A stretch of 18,565 nt of DNA from Octopus sinensis (Eukaryota): NCBI RefSeq assembly GCF_006345805.1, contig NW_021824487.1:1-18565 (forward strand), written 5' to 3'. Numbering within the stretch: the first letter of the stretch is position 1; the number at the start of each line of letters is the position of its first letter. The notes beneath the pieces were generated by a model. That model was given only the letters and a program-made list of their open reading frames with translations, made no database searches and was not told the DNA's origin. Position numbers and translations under genes: made by a program. Positions 9,500 to 18,565 of the stretch are shown here, piece after piece.

Positions 9500-9815
9500 T
9501 TGCTAAGAGTTTTCGTCTTAATGTAAAATAAGCTAAGACACTACTGCGCTTTCAAAGGCGAACTATAAATATTTACAACTGAGCCAACCGAACAAGAAAT
9601 GTCTTTCCTGATCTTTGTGGTAGCTCCAGTGATAGGTACCAATTGGGGCCGTTTTCGCAGCATTAGAGACACCCGGGAAAATCATTACACTGTGCCTTGC
9701 AGTATTTATTTGACAGCAAGCTATAGCATACATAAATACCTGTGAAACCAAAGCATTAAGACGATACTTCTCTGTTATGTTTTTGATTCTGTCAGTAGAC
9801 ACCCACATGTTGCCT
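9500..9815 (-). mobile_element. Possible highly decayed RTE-type LINE C-terminal fragment
   Basis: NMWVSTDRIKNITEKYRLNALVSQVFMYAIAC loosely resembles RTE W.S..I...TK.RLYxALVxxVLLYGxETW. Confidence 0.35.
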
Positions 9816-9924
9816 CAATTAAAGACTGACTCCTTCAAGAAAGAAGACTTGTAATTGCAAATATCGAATGCAACCATGTATGTAGAGTTTCAAATTTGTT
9901 CAGTTGAAAACCCAATTAGATTAT

Positions 9925-10072
9925 TGTTGTTGCCGTAGTTTAGCGCTGATTGAGCAGATGTATGGTCAAATATGTTCCAGCTGTGACCATTGTCTTTTTT
10001 TTGTATCTTCAATTATATTTCATTATCCAAATTTCTCTTTCTATTTTAAGATGATAAAGGTGTTTCTAGCAG
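9925..10072 (-). repeat. Dispersed (CAA)n-tailed repeat copy
   Basis: CTGATTGAGCAGATGTATGGTCAAA...CAGCTGTGACCAT. 10044-10062 is the reverse complement of 10352-10370 at 16/19 positions. Confidence 0.7.
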
Positions 10073-10304
10073 TTCTAGAAGTTACATAGAAGCTTCGGTA
10101 TTGGATGGATTAAATAGTTATTTATTCATGAAAAGCTAATCACTATAATTAAGTGTTAGAAAGGAACAGTTCATTAAACGTTACTGTTGAACGCGAACAA
10201 GTTTTGTTAAGATTTCACCTCGTAATGATGAGGCATTGAAACAAAATAAAGCATCGCCAAGCTCATATAACCTTTTTACATGACGAGCCAACGGAGATCC
10301 AATC

Positions 10305-10508
10305 TGTTCACTCAACCAGGTAGAAATAGCAGTGAAATGTCCCTCAAATTACACCTTTACTGTCTTAAAAAAGGAAGCGTACATTGAATAATATAGTCCT
10401 GCAATACATAACATTCCAGCATTTAAAAAATAAAAGAGGGTCATGGCTAGAAGGACATTGATCTTCGGTTTACAGGATCAGAGCTGCTATGATGCTAAAC
10501 AGAAACAG
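10305..10508 (+). repeat. Dispersed (CAA)n-tailed repeat, longest copy
   Basis: TAGAAATAGCAG...CCCTCAAATTACACCTTTACTGTCTTAAAA...GGTCATGGCTAGAA...TTGATC...GCTAAACAGAAAC, colinear with the other copies. Confidence 0.7.
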
Positions 10509-11164
10509 AAAAAAATACTGCTTACGGCACCAGCAAATATATATAGAGCTAATTTCCTATATCGAAATATTGATTTCTTCTATAGAATGCTTAATAAAAT
10601 TCGGGAGATAAAGCTGTGTGATTAAGAAATTTAGCTTTTTTGAAACAACATGGTCTCATGCACTTAGGGCAAATGTTTTTCAACATAGTAACGGTTTTTC
10701 CGAATCTTTATAAATTAAATTTGGTGGAAGGAAACTGAAAACTCATCTGTTCCAGTTATTGGATACAGATTTAATCCGTTGCTTGTTTTATCACATGACC
10801 CTAGGGTGCCTTTTACAGTCTTTTGGCCCAGGTTCTCAGTTCAAGGACAACATTCTCCCTGTCCTCAATCTTCGTGGTCATGAAAAAGGTCGCTGACGAT
10901 GCCTTTCTTTCTCTGATTATGATATCAAGACCAAATTAGAAATATTTTAGATTTATCAAAATATTTGCTTTTACTACATATACGCAACATGAACGCTGAA
11001 ATGGAAGCGTTGAACTATCAGCTGATGAATCATATTTGAATCTGTTACAGATCTGGGAAGGGCACGTAATTCTTTGAAATAAAGTATAAGACCCTGTCAA
11101 TTCTTAATTGAAATATTAGTCTTTCATTTCTACTTTAATACCTCGTTATCATGATATGAAATAA

Positions 11165-11335
11165 GGCAGCGAGTTGACAGGGTCGTTAGCACACCGAGCA
11201 AAATGCATAGCGGCATTTCTGGTTATATGTTGTGAGTTCAAATTCCGGTGAGGTCTACTTTGCCTTTCAACTCATCGATAAAATAAGTTGAACATCAAAA
11301 TTTCAGGCTTTGTACCTATAGCAGAAATGATTATT
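11165..11335 (+). mobile_element. tRNA-derived SINE, Nin/Deu-domain-like family
   Basis: B-box-like GAGTTCAAATTCC (11234-11246), then CTTTGCCTTTCA...GATAAAATAAGT and a 3' CAAAATTTCAGGCTTTGTACCTATAGCAGAAA. A second copy is at 12458-12660. The family name is from recall, not a search. Confidence 0.75.
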
Positions 11336-11578
11336 ACAATATGATATCTCACCAAAGGTTTCCAGTTTCAACGGTAACACTTAATGAACTTATGGCGTAG
11401 GCAAGAGAACAGGAATTCTGGGAGTGACTTTTCTTGAACTTATTGGCGCCCAACTCATTGGGATCACTTTTATTCTTTTACTCTGTCCAAAGCTACTAAA
11501 CCGAAAAGAAATCGCTATCATATTTGCAACAGAAAATCTTTGCAGTTCGTGAAACAATTGAACTTTTCTCCTTTACAG

Positions 11579-11756
11579 AATATCTGAACCTGAACTTTAC
11601 ATCCACAAGAGTAGCAGTAAGGATGAATCTATGATTAGTCACGCATTTGTCTTACAAAATACTGGTCCAAGTGAAACACAAAACCTTGTATTTGAAACAT
11701 TTGTTCCACATCTGATCATACGAAATATGACCATTATGACTCTCGATTCAGTGAAG
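11579..11756 (+). CDS. Integrin alpha subunit, exon C (calf-2); absent from the ORF track
   Basis: Acceptor cttttctcctttacag|, donor AAG|gtaaga, phase 2/0. (G)ISEPELYIHKSSSKDESMISHAFVLQNTGPSETQNLVFETFVPHLIIRNMTIMTLDSVK contains the calf-2 GxSxP and HxYxxxNxGPS motifs. Confidence 0.93.
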
Positions 11757-12457
11757 GTAAGAAAGATCTGATGCTCAAATTATATTTTCTGTTTTACATT
11801 TAATCGAATTAAAATAATGTTGAAGTTCCTTGAAGTAAAATCACCATACACATATGCTTGACATATGTTTTGGTTCTGCTGTTACTTACCTTGATAAACC
11901 TCTATGAATTCGAGACTGTGTGTAAATAACCAGTGGACAGCATAAATGAGGCGTATTAGATTACTACACCGCCAAATCCACCGCACACTATCGATTTTTG
12001 CTTGTAACACTTTAACTTCAAGTTATAAAGTAGCAAAATAATAGAGTGAATATTAAACTCTCAAAAATTATGAGATTAATTCAATTACAGATGGTTTTGA
12101 TTTAGAGTACTTTGTTGTATATTATCTCACTTAACTTTTGGGTAATATCTGCCATTCTAAGAGAAAAGGTTAAAATAGATGATGTCTTTCAGTATACACA
12201 TTCAATCAAACCACTCTATTTATCGAAGCGATACGAGGAATAAATAAGTGTTTATCCTTTATGAACATCACAAATATTTAGGAAAGACTCTGACACGATC
12301 TCATTCCCTATCTGGGCTGAACACTAACTGGCTAATGAAGTTAATGCAAGACACTGAAAAGTAAGAGACATGCTATTCGTTAATCGACTCAACAACACCG
12401 TTTCAATTCACGAAAGAATGAAAATAATTGCACTTTCTTTTACTTTTTTTATCGTTA

Positions 12458-12660
12458 GCCGAGTTGTGCAGTGGTGAAATCGATAAGGCGTCACAAAAAA
12501 TGTCTTGCGATGTTTCATCCGGTTCTTAACATTCTGAGTTCAAATCAAACAGAGACCAACTTTACCTTTTATCATTCCGAAGGTGATAAAATAAAGTACA
12601 GTATTTATATAATAGATACACTACCACTGAAATATCAAGCCTTATATCTATTCAAGAAAT
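12458..12660 (+). mobile_element. Diverged copy of the SINE family at 11165-11335
   Basis: CTGAGTTCAAATC (12534-12546), CTTTACCTTTTATC, and GATAAAATAA (12585-12594 vs 11277-11286). Confidence 0.65.
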
Positions 12661-12774
12661 CTTTATACTTGGCAATGGGGTTGACTATGTTGATGAAAAT
12701 GATGTTTTATTTATTGTGTAAATATACTTCATTTGTCTTTTTTTTGTTTTATTCTGTTTCTACAACTAATGCAG

Positions 12775-12888
12775 TATGATGGAATGCATGACCAAAATAG
12801 CAGTGTTGTGTGTACATCAACTAAAAGCAATTATTCTGAGGACGATATACAGAAGATTAAAAAAGATATAATGACAGCTGTAACTTAT
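12775..12888 (+). CDS. Integrin alpha subunit, exon D (calf-2 loop region)
   Basis: Polypyrimidine tract and ctaatgcag| acceptor, donor |gtaagt, phase 0/0, 114 nt open. Encodes YDGMHDQNSSVVCTSTKSNYSEDDIQKIKKDIMTAVTY, supplying the expected calf-2 Cys. Confidence 0.85.
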
Positions 12889-12920
12889 GTAAGTATTTAG
12901 CAAGCAAAAAACAACAACAG

Positions 12921-12985
12921 TACATACATACATACATACATACATACATACATACATACATACATACATACATACATACATACAT
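12921..12985. repeat. (TACA)n microsatellite
   Basis: Pure tetranucleotide run just downstream of the exon D donor. Confidence 0.95.
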
Positions 12986-14056
12986 CCCCGACAACCATCT
13001 GCACAACTCCAAATAAAAAGTGTGTCATCTATTATCAAAATATATATTAAGGCACAACTAATATCTTCACATTGTATTCATTCGATATTATGCAAAATAT
13101 AAATTCTCATAAGTTTATTCGTACGTTGGTTCAGTATTATATTTTATTTTAGTATAGATTGTATAACTATTCTAATCATTACTCTTATAATTCTGACTAT
13201 CAACTAGTTTGATTAAATGTCAGCACGGGGACCCCTACGCAGTCACACCACTAGAGTTTGCAGCCAAATCTTTTTTGTCTTTACAAAAAATGCTATTTCA
13301 GGAAATTAATATGAAATTGTTATATCTGAACGTTAGTAAATCAATGAAATGTCGACATAGGAAACAACTAACTGAAACAATATGCTTGCACATCCCAGGT
13401 TATCATCAATCTGACTTCTGTTAAAGTGAGTTAAATTTAAAGAGTATTACAGATACTGAGATGCAACCACTTTAAGTTACTGATACATTGGTCTCAGTTA
13501 CCATCTGACAACTTTCTGAAACTCATTTTATATAATTCTTTGTTAATAATTAGTGTATATTTTTATAATAATAGCACAATTGACAAACAGAAAATCTGAA
13601 ATACATAAAGTTGGCATAACAATAACATTAAAGCTAGGATATGACAATGTCATTTCATTTATTTATGAGCAAACACCAGAGCCAAATATAGTCTTCTAAA
13701 TTAGATTACTCCATTAGCAGTAACACAGTAGTTCAGAAGTATACAATAAAGATTGTTAAATTCAAAGTGACAAAAAGAAAAAAAAATCTAGTATTTCTTC
13801 ACAAAATTGCTCAACTTCAAGTTTTCTTCTCAACTTTCAATTTTTTAAGCTTAAACTTGAAAACGTAGAGATCCAGAATTAGTCAGTTTACCTCCAGCGG
13901 GATGGGGCTATATTTATCTTTTGGGACAAATTTGCCCCGGCTATAGTCATTTGGCTACAGATACAGTGAATCACAAAAACTAGTTTTTATAATTTAGTTG
14001 ATATAATGACTTTTCTTTTTCTCCTTCACTTTTAATATTCATGAGTATAGTATCAT

Positions 14057-14230
14057 AGCAGAAATGGTTGATTATCATCCTAAACATTTCGGTATTTAGA
14101 TTTGAGCCTTTATGCTCCAAATTCAAATCTTACTAGGATTTGATTGTAATTTTCATGCTTATTGGGCTCATATTATTTGATATAATTGACTGCATATCTG
14201 CCTTAAATAATTGACTTCTCGAAGAAATAA
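14057..14230 (+). mobile_element. Very old copy of the 11165-type SINE
   Basis: GCAGAAATGGTT...CGGTATTT...AATTCAAATC...TTTTCATGCT occur in the family order; similarity is weak. Confidence 0.35.
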
Positions 14231-14977
14231 GGACAGCAAGTTGTTAGAGACGGTAGATATATGCACCAAATGATACATAGTGAAATTTACTATACTTCGA
14301 TTGGTTACATTAACCAGCTGTACTGCTTGATTCTATTTTACAACGAAGTTTGTGGCTTAATGCTTCTTGTGGACACATAACAATGTAGATGGAAAAAAAC
14401 TCAATCAGTGCAATTATTTCATCGTTATCCATTGAACTAACTTTGAGTCTTTTTGAAAGGTATAATTTAGATGAAGTCAGTGAATGAGTAGAAGAGCAGG
14501 CTTACTTTTCATTATTTTATTCTGACCATCCAGGTTATTCTGTCAGACGTCTTGTTATTTCTCATGGCTAAATATATGTTAAGTACCATCTGAATATATT
14601 ATTCATCCTCTATAATAATCAGTCTTATGTCTCAGTAATAAAAGAATAATACTGGCTCTGGTTTCATTACATATAAACTTAACGACACCATTTTTGTTCG
14701 AACACTATTTTTGTTTGACATATCTCCTCTAAATATTTCATTCTACAGTCTCCATGGAATTTCCGCATTTTGCATTTCGCATTTGTTAAAAAATGAATCT
14801 GCATAAAACGAGAAGTAAATATCAAAAGCACGATAAAATCTCTCTCTCTCTCCGGTGTCTGTTATATTTTGTGTTTGCGTCAGTTTATTTTAATTGTGAC
14901 CTTACCATCAACAGCTTCTTTAAATTACTTGTCTTTATGTATCATTCTCAAACATGGTTGTGTGTTCTTTTTTTTAG

Positions 14978-15097
14978 GATTGCAGTTGGATGAACTGTAT
15001 CAACGTCACTTGCAATTTCAAAGAATTAAAGACAAAGCGCTCAAAGAAAATTCAAATTAACATTGCAATAGAAAACAGATACCTTGATGTTCTAAAG
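14978..15097 (+). CDS. Integrin alpha subunit, exon E (calf-2 Cys cluster)
   Basis: Acceptor ttcttttttttag|, donor AAG|gtagta, phase 0/0. DCSWMNCINVTCNFKELKTKRSKKIQINIAIENRYLDVLK matches C-x4-C-x4-C-xxxxL of calf-2. Confidence 0.92.
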
Positions 15098-15200
15098 GTA
15101 GTAATACTTCTATATTCATTCTGGTTGTAGATAAATGTTAATGTAAACTCATTCCTAATAAAAAATATAGATCAATCTGAGCCGCATCAGCAATATATAT

Positions 15201-15231
<31 letters not shown>

Positions 15232-15756
15232 ATATTATATATATATATATATATATAGCCAATATCAAAAACTTATCTCATATTGAAAACAACATATAAG
15301 TATTGGATATTTTCATCAGATTTTGTAAGTTTTATAATAAATAACTGACGAAACGTACGAAATACACCACATCTCAGAAAAACAAACTATCTGTCGCGTA
15401 ACTCATGCCAATGAGATGTAATAGGCTTTTCTACCAACGTAGTCAGCTTAGAATTTATAACTACAGTCGTTGTACTGAGCTCTTTGTCAAAGCAGTTTAT
15501 TCCTCTTGACTACGAACAGTTTTGTAAGGGTGAAACGACTTGATGATAGTCCTGAATATTTATCCAGACAGGTTAATTGATGGACAGTTTGATAATATGT
15601 AGATACAATACCATTAAAATTATAGCGTTAGGATTAACACGTGACACATTAAACACGTGAGCTCACTACCATATATATGTGAGTGTGTGTGAGTGTGTGC
15701 GTACGTATGTCTGTCTGTATATATATATATATCATATATATATATATATATATATA

Positions 15757-15958
15757 GTTAATCCAAACAAGAAAGCACAAAAAAAAAACACAACAACGCG
15801 AGGACGTGGGAACAAATATAGTATTATTGGACGCTCAGGAAAGAAGGAGGGTCTAACGTTTCGAGCGGAGCTCTATGTCGGAAACATAGGAGAAGGAAAG
15901 ATCCAGAGAAGGGAAGACAGAGGGAAAAAATCGCCAACGGTACACACGAGGTCACATA
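15757..15958 (-). mobile_element. Short non-coding cassette with decayed hammerhead-like motif, probable Penelope-like pseudo-LTR
   Basis: Minus strand 15886-15851 reads TGTTT-CCGACAT-A-GAGC-TCC-GCTC-GAAA-CG-TT-AGAC. It abuts (TA)n at 15719-15756. Confidence 0.55.
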
Positions 15959-15961
15959 AGT

Positions 15962-16750
15962 AAGTGTTTTCACCGGGAAGATCCTTAGTGATAGTGAGGC
16001 ACAACAATTGGAGAAATTTTTAGAGTTTGGGAAACGTGTGTGCAAGATATGGCAGGACATTCTAAATGGGTGCTTTCATTCACCTGTTTGTTTCTGATGG
16101 ATCAGAAATGAAATACATATGTTGTTAAGGATAGTTTTCATAAAACTAGCGTCGTGGGCCTTGTATAACATGTAGATGCGTATTGGGTGATTACAAATAG
16201 GCAGTGATTGGATGAAGCGATAAGTGTGGAGACAGTTATAACTTTGTATAGCACAGGTTTGGAGGTGAGAAAGAGATCAAGCGTTTTGGGAATATCTGAA
16301 TGTAGACCTGCGATGCAGGTAGGGGAAGTGACAAGTTGATAAAGAGAGTTGAGGATTACAAAAGATTCGACTTTCAACATCATGACCATTGATGTGAAAC
16401 GTGTGAGAAATCCCCGGATAGTTATGAATACTGAAATCATCAAAGAGGATGACGTCGAAGATAGGTGAGAGAAATACTGGAGGAAATAAAATTGATGAAA
16501 TGTTGGTTAAGAGAGCAAGAAAGGGCATAGAGATTTATTTGAGAGAGTAAGAGGATGAAACTTTGAACCAGAGTGACTAAAAGCAATTTTGTTGAGGGAT
16601 GGGGTGTGGTGTCTATGTAAGAGCAAACACGACTTTACGGAGTGAAGTTAGAATAGAGAATGCAGCTTGTTTGAAGATAAAGGTTGAGAAATTTTCATGA
16701 GGATGAGAAGTAGGATGTGTGCCTGAGTGTAAGGGCTGGTGAGTAAAATC
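15962..16750 (-). mobile_element. Decayed LINE (CR1/L2/Jockey group) AP-endonuclease fragment
   Basis: VILFDDFSIHN (GDFN-like) and NSLYQLVTSPTCI...PKTLDLFLTSKP...ASSNHCL (QLV..PTR, LDL and SDH motifs) in frameshifted ORFs 16138-16528; upstream RVCSYI is GGV-like. Boundaries approximate. Confidence 0.82.
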
Positions 16751-16908
16751 TAAATTGGAATGAAGTTCGTAGATACTGAAGCTTTTGTATTGTACCACTT
16801 CAGAAGAGAAACACATGTAGTATTATTTGCAAACTTATCATCTGGAATAAAGTTCATCAACTATAACATTATTTCTTTCTCTTCTGCCTCATGCGCTCTA
16901 GAAAGATG

Positions 16909-16909
<1 letters not shown>

Positions 16910-16964
<55 letters not shown>

Positions 16965-17129
16965 TATATATATATAATATATAATATATTACCGTGATTC
17001 TTTCTATTGAATAGCGTTGGTTTGAAATGTAAAATACTTTCTCACTTCCCTAGCGTCAAACTAATACACCTGCTTGTTATTTATACACCTGTCTTCGTCT
17101 TTTGTTTTTCTGTAAATTTCAACTATATA

Positions 17130-17192
<63 letters not shown>

Positions 17193-17206
17193 CAATATAT
17201 ATATAT
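16910..17206. repeat. (TA)n at ~16910-16990 and (ATT)n at ~17124-17206
   Basis: Two directly visible simple-repeat tracts. Confidence 0.9.
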
Positions 17207-17315
17207 AAACCTGAGTTGAAGCATTGAGGTAGCCATGATAGAAGAATGTCAAGTGGTTAGATAAATATTTTTGCCTTTCATACCTGAAAAGGGTTTTCCA
17301 TTTTTTTAATTCCAG

Positions 17316-17408
17316 GGAGAAATGCTTAATATCTACATAAATACAACAGGAAAATTGAAACAAGAAGCTAAACATTATATTATCAAGGTGCCAGATGTTG
17401 AGAAAACA
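17316..17408 (+). CDS. Integrin alpha subunit, exon F (C-terminal calf-2 strands)
   Basis: Acceptor tttttttaattccag|, donor ACA|gtaagt, phase 0/0, 93 nt open. Encodes GEMLNIYINTTGKLKQEAKHYIIKVPDVEKT. Support is mainly splice signals, phase and position. Confidence 0.78.
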
Positions 17409-17714
17409 GTAAGTTTCATTCAGTCTGACAATTCTGATTGTTGCATGAAAACTTAATTATATAATTATGTTACAGCATTATCATTTGGCTAAGCAATAAA
17501 TCTAAATTCATGAGCCAATCATTCAAGATTATGTGATTATTTCAAATGTACATAACACGTGATTTAGTAATTAAATCTAACTTCAGCCGAATTCTTTCAT
17601 GTAAACGTCTTTTCAAAGTAAGAAGTTTCAAGCATCAAGCTTCTCCAATATTCAAAACTTGGAGATTTAAAAAGTATCTACACTGAACTTATTATTGCCA
17701 GTTTTAAAGATTAG

Positions 17715-17806
17715 ATGCACTGGAAAACAATATGGTCCCAGATACACAAAGGAATGAGAATGCCTTTGATCATAAGCGTATACTATCAAGACGCAGGGCC
17801 AAACAA
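17715..17806 (+). repeat. Dispersed (CAA)n-tailed repeat copy
   Basis: AATATGGTCCCAGATACAC...GAATGCCTTTGATCATAAG...GGGCCAAACAAC, colinear with 10390-10508. Confidence 0.6.
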
Positions 17807-17829
17807 CATGTTAATTGAAATCAATTTGC

Positions 17830-18155
17830 TCCCACAGTACGTCATGGTGACACTTGGATTTTTTCAGGAATCTTTTATTGGTGTATCTTCCAATTCGAGT
17901 GTTTCATTCAATTTGGGTCATCCTTGTGACATCTACTCCCCAGGATATAGACGTCGCCAGGTCTCAAAGAGCACATCTGCTTTTGGCCGGGTTTATCATT
18001 TCAACAAACTGAATGCCCATACATCTAACTCTCTTGGCACTCTCTGTGGGGGGAGCAGCTTAGTCACCATTCATTCAACTGTAAGTTGGACATACAGGAT
18101 TAAATGTTTACCAGAAAGAGGCTTCCATCAGCCAGACATGGAACTAGTCTTGGTC
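17830..18155 (-). mobile_element. Possible decayed RTE-group LINE 3' fragment
   Basis: Minus-strand MYGHSVC*ND and SQG*P loosely resemble RTE LYGHVAR and RPRGRP motifs; many stops. Confidence 0.3.
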
Positions 18156-18190
18156 TGACAAGAAAATAAGGACAAGAATGATATTTAACA

Positions 18191-18260
18191 TTGTTGTAGT
18201 TTTGCCCCAGGTCAACCCTGATTACTGAAACCTATGACTAAAGACATTGCTACCGTAATG
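18191..18260 (-). repeat. Dispersed (CAA)n-tailed repeat, 3' fragment
   Basis: TTGTTGTAG...GCCCCAGGTCAACCCTGATT...CCTATGACTAAAGACATTGC is reverse-complementary to the 17758-17806 region. Confidence 0.6.
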
Positions 18261-18374
18261 TCGAGCAACCACACAGAGGCAGCCATTCGTTGAAGAAATG
18301 TGTACATGTGAAATGTAGATTTTAGAACAAAAGGACAACCAAGAGAATAGTTTAAAAGACACACACATACACAG

Positions 18375-18376
<2 letters not shown>

Positions 18377-18424
<48 letters not shown>
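18377..18424. repeat. (TA)n microsatellite
   Basis: Directly visible. Confidence 0.95.
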
Positions 18425-18426
<2 letters not shown>

Positions 18427-18565
18427 TAATGGTATTTATTCTCCTATCTGAAACCACAATTTTTAAATATAAACAATGACTGCAAAATGATAAGGTATAC
18501 ACAGTTATTATACTATGAGCCGTCCATAGTAGCTTTCTCTCCGTAACTCGCAAAAGCCTTTCGGA

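Noticed and set aside
15345-15370. CTGACGA-AACGTAC-GAAA hammerhead-like string
   Set aside because: No proper helix II, no palindrome-UH after GAAA, and no helix I complement.
15636-15661. Two AACACGTGA E-box motifs 15 bp apart
   Set aside because: A short intronic direct repeat with no other support for an enhancer.
17715-18158. 147-aa ORF containing LGFFQE as a possible integrin GFFKR exon
   Set aside because: No ~22-residue hydrophobic helix precedes it and KR is missing. The ORF overlaps a dispersed repeat and an antisense LINE relic.
1-18565. CRISPR array, retron or other prokaryotic RT system
   Set aside because: No regularly spaced repeats or operon structure. All RT motifs belong to decayed eukaryotic retrotransposons in spliceosomal introns.

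Overview
AT-rich, microsatellite-dense eukaryotic genomic DNA. The repeat families resemble those I recall from Octopus, so a cephalopod origin is an inference. The + strand carries six spliced exons (7517-7851, 8971-9102, 11579-11756, 12775-12888, 14978-15097, 17316-17408). They join in frame (972 nt, 324 aa) into the genu/calf-1/calf-2 leg of an integrin alpha subunit; the propeller, thigh and transmembrane exons lie outside the window. The introns contain decayed retroelements: an RTE LINE, two CR1-group LINE fragments, a Gypsy RT fragment split by a tRNA-SINE with a 14-bp TSD, other SINEs and a dispersed (CAA)-tailed repeat. The most unexpected signal is a set of minimal type I hammerhead ribozyme (HHR) motifs with palindromic helix-III loops, each in a short non-coding cassette abutting (TA)n/(CA)n tracts, typical of Penelope-like pseudo-LTRs. 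Two lie on the gene's sense strand (2336-2418 with an intact core; 2738-2782 nearly intact). Three degenerate or partial ones lie antisense (~1911-1935, 15851-15886, 18546-18565). Most ORFs in the supplied track are microsatellite artefacts.
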